Virus record (IMG/VR): IMGVR_UViG_3300047160_009226 | Location: 1 to 64,000 of that record | Source: a virus | Lineage: Duplodnaviria; Caudoviricetes | DNA: 64,000 nt | Strand: one strand, 5' to 3' | Shown: positions 35,500 through 44,427 of the stretch, piece by piece | Position numbering within the stretch: the stretch's first letter is position 1 | Layout of the letters: each line of letters opens with the position of its first letter | Notes under the pieces: generated by a model | Told to the model about the DNA's origin: nothing | The model's database searches: none | Seen by the model: the letters and a program-made list of their open reading frames with translations, nothing else | Translations under genes and position numbers: made by a program

Positions 35500-38492
35500 A
35501 CGGTGATCCCATCAATGAGATCCTTCGATGCTTGAACCACCCCAGACACCAATCTTCGCACGATAAGACCCGCCTGTCGAGGTCTCTGGAGAGTAAACTC
35601 GGTGGTTCGGTTCTCCAAGATGCCATCATTGACCTCAACAGTCGCGTAACGACCACGAGGTGAATCATTTATTCTTGAGAAAAGAATCGATCCCACAGGC
35701 ATCGGAAGATTTTCACGGTCTACCACCGATGCCTGAATCTCAACAGAATCGTCGTAATCGCGAGCCTCGATCGAATATCGGCCACCGTTCCACTTGCCTG
35801 TGCCGGATGCCTGCCGAAGAAGTTCCGATCGAAATGCACTCCAGAGAGATGCCAGACGACCTGCCTCCGGATTCTCCCTGAGCTTCGGACGATCGACGTC
35901 CTGAGCAGTCATTGTCTCTTGCAAGGGTGCTTTAGATTCCTTGTAAAAACCCCCAGCGCCATCCGCTCCAACCCCATCCTGATCACCCACGGTAGGCTCA
36001 GGTTTCAATGGGGCATCACCCTGAGTTCGTGCCCGACGATTCCTACGGGATGATGTGGCATGCTGTCCCTGTTGACCCGGAACCATCTCGCCGTTCTGCC
36101 CACCCTGACCATTCTTCAACATGCCCATGGTACGATCGTAGTCGGACTTGAGAATGTGAGCCACTGCACCACGGTCGTACTTACCCTGAAGAGCGCTGTC
36201 AACCAACTTCAATGTGTTGGTCCAGTCGATGTCCTTGACACCCTTGCCTTCACCAGCAGATCGATGACTGGATACACCGAGAGAAGGATCCAACTTTCCC
36301 TTTAATGCATCCTCTACTGCATTGCGAGCCGCTTGTTCTTGCATACCATACTTCTGTATCAACAAATTCATCACCCAAACAGGATTTTCTCCTTCCTTCA
36401 ATCTCCTCCTTACATCCCTCCTAGCAAAATCCCATTCATCAGCTAAACGTCGAGATGCACCACGACTCGCATATTGCAAGTTCGTATCCACATCGCTGTC
36501 GTCGAAGTGTCGGACCTTGACCTCAGCTCCATCTTCCTTGAGTTCTTTCATCTTTTTGTCATATTCATCCTTGGACTTGCAAACGACCTTTTCCCAATTG
36601 TCACCGGGATACTTGAAAGAGATCTCACATCGTGTGAAATCTTCCGTAGCCCTTCGCCAATGAGAAAATTTTCGACTCTCATATTCTTCGGGGAACAGGC
36701 GTTCCCGGACCTCAGGTGGGAGTTTTCTTCCGGGGAACGCTTCCTCGTATGTCGGCAGTGGCGAATCCTCCCCATCCCCGAATTCAACACCCTCACTGGG
36801 ATATTCAAGGGGACCGGGATCAAAGGGCAATGCCTTATCATCCTTCTCATTTCTTCTGATCTTTGCCTTGCGAGACGATTCCCGAGTCAAGGACGTGGAC
36901 TTAGCTGGATCCGTACCAAAGAAGGAAAGTGTGCCGTGCCCAAACTGATCGTGATAGTCATCGACTTCGTTAGACTCATCACCCGCTACTGGAAGAGTCG
37001 CCGTCGAAAGAGCATCATACGAAAGTTCATCAGCAGCGGCCATGAGCCTGCGTGCTGTAATGGGATCCAACCGACGAATCTCTGATGCAACCTTTCTCAA
37101 TATGCCTGCTTTCTGTCGAGAAGCCCCCCTACGCGAAGCTTCAGGGCTCTCCCTCAACTTAGGACGTGTGACATCCTGAGCTTCCATCGGAATCTTCAGG
37201 GGAGAACCGGGAATCACTGTCGCAGGCGCTCCACCACCAGTCGGCTGCTGTTCATCGTCGATGGCTCGATCCTTGCCGGTATCCGGGAGAGCAACGGTCG
37301 TCCATCGTTCAAAGTAATCGTTGCCCTTGAGACCGAGATCAGGATCAGGCATCTTTTTGCCTGTAAATCCTGTCATCAGATCCATCTTAGCACGACGACG
37401 TGTTGAAATATCGTTTCTCATACCAGAAGCTCCTTGATTGATCCCTCGATATGAAGACAATGATCCATAATGTCGGCGAACAGATTTTGGATTTCGTGGT
37501 GGCGGTTTTATACCAGACTCGTCAACGTCACAGCCACCCGGATTAGAAAAGTTGTCAAGAGCATCCATAGCAGATTGTTCGCTAGAGAAAGGTCCGTAGT
37601 TGGTACAGTCCTTAGGATCGTAAGCATATTCAAAGTTACCGAGTTCCATATACCATTTTTGATCAGTTGCCTTCCAAATTAAACATTGGCGTTGTTGGCT
37701 AGCAACCCGTCTTCGAGATGCACCCTTACGATTTCCGAGCATCTGATTCGGCTGTGGATCTTCATATCGAGGGTCGGTTGGCTTCTCCATAAGTTTTCTC
37801 ATTTTGTCCTGAATCTTAGGAAGCGATCGACTCGCTTCATCATGACTAACATACCCCAGTGCTTTCGCCGCATCTTCGACGGTTACCTCTTCAGGATCCA
37901 TACCACTCATAATAAAATCATGAGCCGCCCTTTCAATGTCAATCCAATCCCACTTATCCATCTTAGCACGACGACGTGTTGAAATATCGTTTCTTATGCC
38001 AGAAGCTCCTTGATTGATCCCTCGATATGAAGATTCCACGGGGATCTCCCAATCATCGTGCTTACCGGTATAACCTCTCGCACCAGGCTGATTAGGAAAA
38101 AGATCCATGTGTGTTAAGTGCTCCCACTCACGAGGACGAGTTCCTGGCTCTTCAGAGTAGTTTTCAACGAACTCCTTCAACTGTTCAAGTAGTGCGATCG
38201 ATTTATCTCGCCTCGCCTCTTTTTTTTCTTTCTCTTTTTTGGGATCCCACAAATTTTTGAATGGTTTTCCAGGAACCACCTCTCCCTTATAACCTTGTTC
38301 CTCAACAATCTCCCATTTCTTTTCATTCTTTATGTGATAGTCAATAGTGTCCAGCACCTGCTGCTTCTTATCATCTCGAATCCTGCCGGTTCGCCAAAAT
38401 TCATCAAGAGCACCAAAACTAGGGTAAAAGTGTCTCGCTACAAATCTGGCTTCATCCAGAGAAAGCATTTTAGTTCCTTCAGACAGCTTCAA
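35496..38492 (-). CDS. 998-aa polyprotein-like putative internal head protein
   Basis: Many short modules separated by ASRR/RxA linkers; internal 78-bp duplication. Confidence 0.88.
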   Translation of the reverse strand: MKLSEGTKMLSLDEARFVARHFYPSFGALDEFWRTGRIRDDKKQQVLDTIDYHIKNEKKWEIVEEQGYKGEVVPGKPFKNLWDPKKEKEKKEARRDKSIALLEQLKEFVENYSEEPGTRPREWEHLTHMDLFPNQPGARGYTGKHDDWEIPVESSYRGINQGASGIRNDISTRRRAKMDKWDWIDIERAAHDFIMSGMDPEEVTVEDAAKALGYVSHDEASRSLPKIQDKMRKLMEKPTDPRYEDPQPNQMLGNRKGASRRRVASQQRQCLIWKATDQKWYMELGNFEYAYDPKDCTNYGPFSSEQSAMDALDNFSNPGGCDVDESGIKPPPRNPKSVRRHYGSLSSYRGINQGASGMRNDISTRRRAKMDLMTGFTGKKMPDPDLGLKGNDYFERWTTVALPDTGKDRAIDDEQQPTGGGAPATVIPGSPLKIPMEAQDVTRPKLRESPEASRRGASRQKAGILRKVASEIRRLDPITARRLMAAADELSYDALSTATLPVAGDESNEVDDYHDQFGHGTLSFFGTDPAKSTSLTRESSRKAKIRRNEKDDKALPFDPGPLEYPSEGVEFGDGEDSPLPTYEEAFPGRKLPPEVRERLFPEEYESRKFSHWRRATEDFTRCEISFKYPGDNWEKVVCKSKDEYDKKMKELKEDGAEVKVRHFDDSDVDTNLQYASRGASRRLADEWDFARRDVRRRLKEGENPVWVMNLLIQKYGMQEQAARNAVEDALKGKLDPSLGVSSHRSAGEGKGVKDIDWTNTLKLVDSALQGKYDRGAVAHILKSDYDRTMGMLKNGQGGQNGEMVPGQQGQHATSSRRNRRARTQGDAPLKPEPTVGDQDGVGADGAGGFYKESKAPLQETMTAQDVDRPKLRENPEAGRLASLWSAFRSELLRQASGTGKWNGGRYSIEARDYDDSVEIQASVVDRENLPMPVGSILFSRINDSPRGRYATVEVNDGILENRTTEFTLQRPRQAGLIVRRLVSGVVQASKDLIDGITV
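37380..38033. repeat. 78-bp direct repeat (37380-37457 and 37956-38033), 2 mismatches
   Basis: Encodes SSYRGINQGASG[IM]RNDISTRRRAKMD twice, 576 nt (192 codons) apart. Confidence 0.92.
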
Positions 38493-39550
38493 TTGATCCA
38501 GCTAACCATACTTCTCACTCTTTCTGCCAAATCACAGAATACCTCCTCTCCCTCCTCACCCAAGCTCTCACCAATACTCTCCAATTCATTAGATACAGAT
38601 TCCAGTCTCGCGGTAGCCACTCGCCTCACCTGAGATGGGGATCTCATCCACCGTCGACTAGCTGCAGGAAATGGTGCGGGTGCTGGAGGTACTCCCCCCG
38701 GAACCGGTGGAGGTCCTCCCGCTGGTGGCATACCACCTGGCATAGGTGCTGGAGCAGGTGGAGCCCCTGCACCAAAAGGCATCTCTCCTCCCGGAGGCAT
38801 GCCAAGATCTGGTGGGATAGATTGTTCTGGAGGAGCGGCAGCAGCCCCTTGATCTCCTGCCGGAGCTACTGGCTGTTCAGGAGCTTCCTCCTCAATTTCT
38901 TCTTCTACACCCGTATCCTCTGGTCCAAACCGTACAGGAGGTTCTGCTGGAGTAGATTTCTCGTCAATATCTTCAGCGATAAGTTGATGGATATGATCAG
39001 ATACCTTGACTATCTCTGCTTCAGCGTCTTCATCTGGAATCTGGCCAACAAACTGCTCAGCCCCAGAGTCGAAACCGGATATCTGTACTTTTCCATCATC
39101 GTCTACTGTAACTTTCCAAGAAAGATCTTGCACACGAATAGAAAGTTCATTAGGTGCGGATTCCTCAACTACTGCGTCTGCTTCTCCCAATTCGGCCCAG
39201 ATCATTCCCGCAAGTAATTTCAGCCTTGACTTTCTAAGAGTCTCTTTCCCTATCTCATCATCGTTATAATCTAAACCATCATCATCGTCATCATCATCAT
39301 CACCACCAAATAACAAAACACTTTTTTCTCCTTTTTCATACTTATCTTCATCTTCATCGGCTTCTTCCCTAAGATCATCTGTATCTCGATAGATCTTAGC
39401 TGTAGGCTCTACTTCAGTGATTGGAGGTTTGATGTGTTTATCTGGACGATACTCATCCTCATCAAGTGGTTGTGCCGTACGACGTGCATCAGTTGCAACT
39501 CTAGAAGTTCCATTGACCAGAATAGATGCCAATCTATTAATGCGATCCAT
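38489..39550 (-). CDS. Acidic/Pro-rich head-block protein with class-2 leader
   Basis: MDRINRLASILV...RRTAQ; PAASRR linker near the C-terminus. Confidence 0.8.
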   Translation of the reverse strand: MDRINRLASILVNGTSRVATDARRTAQPLDEDEYRPDKHIKPPITEVEPTAKIYRDTDDLREEADEDEDKYEKGEKSVLLFGGDDDDDDDDGLDYNDDEIGKETLRKSRLKLLAGMIWAELGEADAVVEESAPNELSIRVQDLSWKVTVDDDGKVQISGFDSGAEQFVGQIPDEDAEAEIVKVSDHIHQLIAEDIDEKSTPAEPPVRFGPEDTGVEEEIEEEAPEQPVAPAGDQGAAAAPPEQSIPPDLGMPPGGEMPFGAGAPPAPAPMPGGMPPAGGPPPVPGGVPPAPAPFPAASRRWMRSPSQVRRVATARLESVSNELESIGESLGEEGEEVFCDLAERVRSMVSWIN

Positions 39551-39634
39551 ATCCGCTCTCTCAGTAATCTTGATAGAATCAATCTACCCTAAACCTACAC
39601 TATGACCCATTCCCGCACCAAACCGCCTTTCAAG

Positions 39635-40357
39635 TTATTCCATCTTTTCGCTGAAAATGGCTTCCAAAAGTTCCTCAGTTGAAAGTTCCTCCCTCATACC
39701 TACAGGGAAGTCACCTCTGCCCACCCCACTCTTTTTAATATCCCATCTACCTTGACTCTTAATAGATCTCAACTGATTTAAATTACGCTCAATTAGTTTT
39801 AATAGCTTTAATTCTTTGCTGTTAGAATAGTATGTCTCCATACGACTGATCGCCAACTGATATAGATACCTAATACTTCCCTGAGATAATCCTAATGCAT
39901 TTGCTGTAGCCACCTGAGATGATGTCCTCACCACTCCAGTGATTGCCCTGACATTCTCACTGGTAAATCCCAAATCAAAAAGAGTTCGTCGTAATTGAGT
40001 CTCAGATGCTAAATTAAAAATACGGTAATGAAGACAGATTCTCTCAGATGCACGGATGACTCTATAAGAGATGTTCTGTTGTTTCACAGAGTACATCTTA
40101 CGTGCTTCTTCCTGTACCAATCCCTTAACCTTAACCAAGTAGATAAACTGAAGTTCTCTGGGAGGGAGTGCTTGTAAAGAACGTCTCAGGAAACTCAACT
40201 GTCTGATCGTCTCTAACGGTATCTTCCTCCTTTTAGGCAATGGAGACCAATCTGGATCGTCCTTCACCAGACGATCTAGTGCCTCCTGGTCGGCCTGTAG
40301 GAAGAGATGCTTTTCCATTGCATCACTCTTGATGTGTGAACAAAGGGGTCTTCCCAC
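39635..40357 (-). CDS. Sigma-70 region 4-like tandem HTH transcription regulator
   Basis: LQALPPRELQFIYL...GLVQEEARKMYSVKQQNISYRVIRA plus a second HTH (SQVATANALGLSQGSI). Confidence 0.65.
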   Translation of the reverse strand: MGRPLCSHIKSDAMEKHLFLQADQEALDRLVKDDPDWSPLPKRRKIPLETIRQLSFLRRSLQALPPRELQFIYLVKVKGLVQEEARKMYSVKQQNISYRVIRASERICLHYRIFNLASETQLRRTLFDLGFTSENVRAITGVVRTSSQVATANALGLSQGSIRYLYQLAISRMETYYSNSKELKLLKLIERNLNQLRSIKSQGRWDIKKSGVGRGDFPVGMREELSTEELLEAIFSEKME

Positions 40358-41351
40358 TTTCTTCTAGTAAGTTCCATTCCTTTCTATCAACAAAGTGGCC
40401 CATCTCTAAGATAGAGCATAATTTCTTGATGTTTGAACTGTTGCCTATTGTTCCCTCTAAAACAGACAGATTATCATCAACACTATATAAATTAAATAGT
40501 TTATAGTTCCTTTCAATGATATCCTTCCCCGAAGTAAATTTCTCTTTCTGAAGTGCCGTTTGAAAAACAGACCCCTCATCAATAACTTGAAACAAACTCT
40601 CTAAAGAATTACAACAATTGATCAGGTCTAAAATTATTGACTTAGGAATACGAGGAATCCCCTTTACAGGCCCGCCATCTCCTTCAATGGCCCAACGCAA
40701 TGGCAGTCTCTTGGGCTCGACTCCCCAAAAACCCTGAATCTCTTTCTCTCCCCAAATCGCGTCCTCTTCGCCCTTATTACGGGCAAGTCTTAATATGTAT
40801 GTGTAATCAGACACCAACTGATGTAAATCTTCATCATTGGAAATAATCAAAGAAGTCAGTCCAAAACTTTCAGCTTTTCTTGTAAAAAAGGCAATCTGCT
40901 CATCGGCTTCGTTGTTCTTATGGTAAAGAGAGTGGACCAATGTCCTAAACTTATCACGAAGATTTCCGAGTCGAACACCCCAGTCCGGCTCATTTTCCTT
41001 ATCTTCTGGATTCTTCCGACCTGCCTTATATCCATAGATTTTGCCAGTTGTTTCGTCAGTAATACGAGGAAAAATCGAAAGCCCTCTCGTCGGCTCCCCA
41101 TCCCATACCAAAACAAGTCTTGCAGGATACCAACTCCTGACAATCACCATAATCGCTTGAATAAATCCATATTCCAAACCACAAAAAATATCTTTACTTG
41201 TCTTCCGAAATCGGTTGTTCCACCAACTGCGGTATGCTAAATTACTACAATCTATTATCACGAAATCAAACTTATTTTCCTGATTCATCACATTCTCCAT
41301 CATTACTAATTCGAACCACTTCATCAAAAGTTTTATCATCCCACACATCAT
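40323..41351 (-). CDS. 5'-3' exonuclease (Pol I N-terminal/FEN family)
   Basis: IIDCSNLAYR, VWDG, EADEQIA, SNDEDLHQL; real start probably near 41300. Confidence 0.88.
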   Translation of the reverse strand: MMCGMIKLLMKWFELVMMENVMNQENKFDFVIIDCSNLAYRSWWNNRFRKTSKDIFCGLEYGFIQAIMVIVRSWYPARLVLVWDGEPTRGLSIFPRITDETTGKIYGYKAGRKNPEDKENEPDWGVRLGNLRDKFRTLVHSLYHKNNEADEQIAFFTRKAESFGLTSLIISNDEDLHQLVSDYTYILRLARNKGEEDAIWGEKEIQGFWGVEPKRLPLRWAIEGDGGPVKGIPRIPKSIILDLINCCNSLESLFQVIDEGSVFQTALQKEKFTSGKDIIERNYKLFNLYSVDDNLSVLEGTIGNSSNIKKLCSILEMGHFVDRKEWNLLEESGKTPLFTHQE

Positions 41352-42042
41352 ATGTAAGTAAAATTTTATCTAAGACTTCATTTGGAATCTGGTAAATCTT
41401 GTTATCTATACTAAGCTTGGTTTTTCTAATACCACAACGCAGAATCTGCACCCGTGGTAATTCACCAAAATTAAACTTGTGCTTATGATTAAAATCATGC
41501 CCATTAATAGAAAGATCAAAATCAGGTGCTTTACTCTCGCTCTTGCGGAGAAGTGTTCGTCTGGAAGATTTTCTAACATGATGAACTGGAAAAGTTACTT
41601 GCAATGATTCCTGACCCAAGTATACTAATACATTAACGTTGTCTCCGACTACAAACTGCACTGTTCCAAAATTATGCCTCAAAGGCCCTGAAATAACTTT
41701 TACTGCATCTCCTCCATCTAATGTAACTTCTGCATCTGCTTTATCCTTAATGTCCCATACCTGATCATTTGTTAACAACTGAGGTTTCCTCGTATGAGGA
41801 TCTTTCAAAATTCGAACAATCTCATCGAGATTCTCTAAAACATAATAGTCAATCCCTTCTTCATAATTAATAAACGTATACTCTCCAAATCCAGTATCAT
41901 TCTTTCCAAATGGATCCTCATACACAGGAATATAAATATACAAAGGTTCTTGGTACAGAACATTAGAGATCGAAGCCTTGATATCTTCGACAGGCAGGTG
42001 ATTCTTCGCCCAGATGGAGAGCTGCGCAATGATCCAATCCAT
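41272..42042 (-). CDS. nusG: NusG-family transcription elongation factor (NGN + KOW)
   Basis: NGN-like IYIPV...FGEYTFI...EIVRIL...LLTNDQV; KOW GDAVKVISGPLRHNFGTV. Confidence 0.75.
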   Translation of the reverse strand: MDWIIAQLSIWAKNHLPVEDIKASISNVLYQEPLYIYIPVYEDPFGKNDTGFGEYTFINYEEGIDYYVLENLDEIVRILKDPHTRKPQLLTNDQVWDIKDKADAEVTLDGGDAVKVISGPLRHNFGTVQFVVGDNVNVLVYLGQESLQVTFPVHHVRKSSRRTLLRKSESKAPDFDLSINGHDFNHKHKFNFGELPRVQILRCGIRKTKLSIDNKIYQIPNEVLDKILLTYDVWDDKTFDEVVRISNDGECDESGK

Positions 42043-42072
42043 TAAACTACATGCCCTCTTTCTCTTAGTTTC

Positions 42073-42450
42073 TCAACGATCATCTTCAGAGGGTATCCGC
42101 ATCACTTTCATTGCATCTTGCCACCCACATTGATATCCCCAATGCAAAAGCCATTCATATTCTTCAGGATATTCATCAAGGCAACCATTTCGACAGCTAT
42201 CAGAACACTCACTAGGAGGGTTTAAAGATGACCAATATGTCCCCCATGGCAAAACAATTGCCGTAATCCCACTTGGCAATGATCGTTTCAACTCCTCTGT
42301 CACTTTATCATACCATAAATTAGTAGAAAAAACTTCTTCAACTGGCTGTATTACAATTACACTATTTGGAGCGGTCATAAACTTTGATAGTATGCACCTC
42401 AGCGTCTCAACAGTCGTCCTCTCGATGTCAGACATGATTTTCTCTCCCAC
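42073..42450 (-). CDS. Hypothetical protein
   Basis: 125-aa ORF in operon context. Confidence 0.6.
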   Translation of the reverse strand: MGEKIMSDIERTTVETLRCILSKFMTAPNSVIVIQPVEEVFSTNLWYDKVTEELKRSLPSGITAIVLPWGTYWSSLNPPSECSDSCRNGCLDEYPEEYEWLLHWGYQCGWQDAMKVMRIPSEDDR

Positions 42451-42465
42451 TAGTTGTGATAGTAC

Positions 42466-43698
42466 CTAACCATCGATTTTTTCCGTAACCTTGTCCTCAG
42501 ATACTCCATTGTCTTCCATTCTATTAAGCCCAAAAAGATCAACAAGTCCTTCTTCAGTCAAAATTCTATCCCTTCTAAGACCAGCGGCAAGTATCTGTGC
42601 TTTTGTGATGCCTGCTCGTCTTACTGAAGATTCACTTACAACATCCGTCACACCCAACTTATCTCTCAACAATTTAAACACAACCAAAAGATCGGAGACT
42701 GTTTTCACGTGCAATCTAGCGCCATCCCCTAACGACCACTCTGCAACCGACGAAAGCCTCATTCCATGCTTATCAGAGATTTGTCTTACATTAGAAGAAA
42801 CTTTATAAGACGGCTGACTGACACCAAGAAAAGCCTGCCCCAAAACCCTGCGGACCATTAACCAAATATCCTCAGGAGCCACCTCTTGGCTTAACCCCTC
42901 AGTCATCTGAATTGTAGCTTCCCAAGATTCTCCGACACAAATCAAGAGATTGGTCGCCTTTTCTTCGAAGTCAAGATTCAAGTGCTGCCTAACAGACTCC
43001 AGAGTAATCGACCCATAAAGAGAAATTTGATATGCAAGATTTAGTGTATTTCTAATGTGTCCTCTTGTCTCCTCCACAATCAACTGAAGTGCATCATCCT
43101 CAGAAGAGACGCCTTCATGTATCACAATGGTTTTAAGAAAATCAAATACTATCTTCGTATCTACAGGAGATACATTTATCTTAATACACCTAGATCTAAT
43201 TGTGGAAAGAAGTTTCTCTGGATTTGTTGTCACTAAAAGAATACATGTTTTTCCGATCCCTTCCTCTAAGGATTTGAGCAGTTTGTTTTGTGCCTGACTC
43301 GACAGAGAATGTGCCTCATCAATCACAAGAACGCGACGCGGTGCGTTCATGGGAGCAATGCGAGCTTCTTCCATGAGTTTTTCGATGTCGTCAACGTGAC
43401 CCGCTGATGCTGCGTCCTGCTCGCAGTAATTAGGCGACTCACCCTCTGCCAGATCCATCTGACAGTTCCAGCACTGACCGCATGCTTCTTTCTGAGGTGT
43501 TAAATTCTCACAAGTCAGCAGTCGCCCTATAATTCGTGAAAGAGATGTTTTTCCCCCTCCGAAAGATCCTGAAACTAATAATGCTGCTGGAAAATTAGGT
43601 CGATCCAATGCTCCAGAGATGATTCGTTTCGGAATATCTTGTCCTAGTAGTTCACCCATTGTTGTTGGACGATACTTGAGCGCCCAGATATCCCTCAT
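42466..43698 (-). CDS. dnaX: DNA polymerase III gamma/tau-like clamp loader subunit
   Basis: WALKYRP, GSFGGGKTS, Zn module CENL...CGQCWNC, IDEAHSL, SRC. Confidence 0.93.
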   Translation of the reverse strand: MRDIWALKYRPTTMGELLGQDIPKRIISGALDRPNFPAALLVSGSFGGGKTSLSRIIGRLLTCENLTPQKEACGQCWNCQMDLAEGESPNYCEQDAASAGHVDDIEKLMEEARIAPMNAPRRVLVIDEAHSLSSQAQNKLLKSLEEGIGKTCILLVTTNPEKLLSTIRSRCIKINVSPVDTKIVFDFLKTIVIHEGVSSEDDALQLIVEETRGHIRNTLNLAYQISLYGSITLESVRQHLNLDFEEKATNLLICVGESWEATIQMTEGLSQEVAPEDIWLMVRRVLGQAFLGVSQPSYKVSSNVRQISDKHGMRLSSVAEWSLGDGARLHVKTVSDLLVVFKLLRDKLGVTDVVSESSVRRAGITKAQILAAGLRRDRILTEEGLVDLFGLNRMEDNGVSEDKVTEKIDG

Positions 43699-43716
43699 AA
43701 AAACTTACCTCACAAC

Positions 43717-44367
43717 TTAAAAGGAAGACAACTCCATAACCCTATCACGAATTCGTCCAAGCCATTCTTCATTACCTGCCAACATAGCAGGGTCTTTTAC
43801 CGGAATGCGAAAATCAAAAAAACCAAGCTCAAGCTCGCGTGCTTGTCGCTTGGCTCGATTGATTCGAATCTCTGCCCTGTCATCAGTTACCGGATCTCTG
43901 TCTCCAACCCACAAAATAATTCTTACATACCGTCGAATTACTCTCAAATGCTCGTGAGAAGGTATCGCCATTAATACAGCGATTGCAGGAATATCCGCTG
44001 ATGCTAAAACCCTTGCATCTTTCGGACCTTCACAAAGCACACAAACTCCAAGTCGATAAACCTGCGGTAATACATAATAAAAGTTATGCCAAAGTGGTTT
44101 GATGTCAGGAGTTATTGCTTTATGGTCTTTCCTCGAATCTGAATACAAATTTCTTAAGACAACTCCCACGCATGACTTATGTTCGTGATCCACAGACCAT
44201 GCAAGTGCTTCATGATTGTTAAGATTGCGTATCCAAAGCCGACAATCGATAGACCTCTTCCCTAGATTCTTAAGTTCCTTGTAATCAAGAAACCTTACAG
44301 AACCCGGTGGAACAGTTTCAGGGGGAATCCCAAAATCCTTAAGAATCCGTCCGGTCGTCTCATCCAC
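43717..44367 (-). CDS. dnaG: DnaG-type primase, TOPRIM core without Zn-binding domain
   Basis: LCEGPKDA and VGDRD TOPRIM motifs; only 216 aa. Confidence 0.75.
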   Translation of the reverse strand: MDETTGRILKDFGIPPETVPPGSVRFLDYKELKNLGKRSIDCRLWIRNLNNHEALAWSVDHEHKSCVGVVLRNLYSDSRKDHKAITPDIKPLWHNFYYVLPQVYRLGVCVLCEGPKDARVLASADIPAIAVLMAIPSHEHLRVIRRYVRIILWVGDRDPVTDDRAEIRINRAKRQARELELGFFDFRIPVKDPAMLAGNEEWLGRIRDRVMELSSF

Positions 44368-44375
44368 AGCGAGCG

Positions 44376-44395
44376 AACCTCCTCTTTAGGAGGTT
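44376..44395 (-). promoter_or_regulatory. Hairpin sequestering the primase Shine-Dalgarno
   Basis: AACCTCCT-AAAG-AGGAGGTT; the SD AGGAGG lies in the 3' arm, about 10 nt before the GTG start. Confidence 0.5.
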
Positions 44396-44427
44396 TACTC
44401 GCCCCTTGACAGAAAAAATCGCCCTTT

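Noticed and set aside
40323-41351. Inactive exonuclease, suggested by GDGG in place of GD-x-x-D in the H3TH motif
   Set aside because: The main site-I carboxylates are intact and site-II variation is common in phage FEN-type enzymes.
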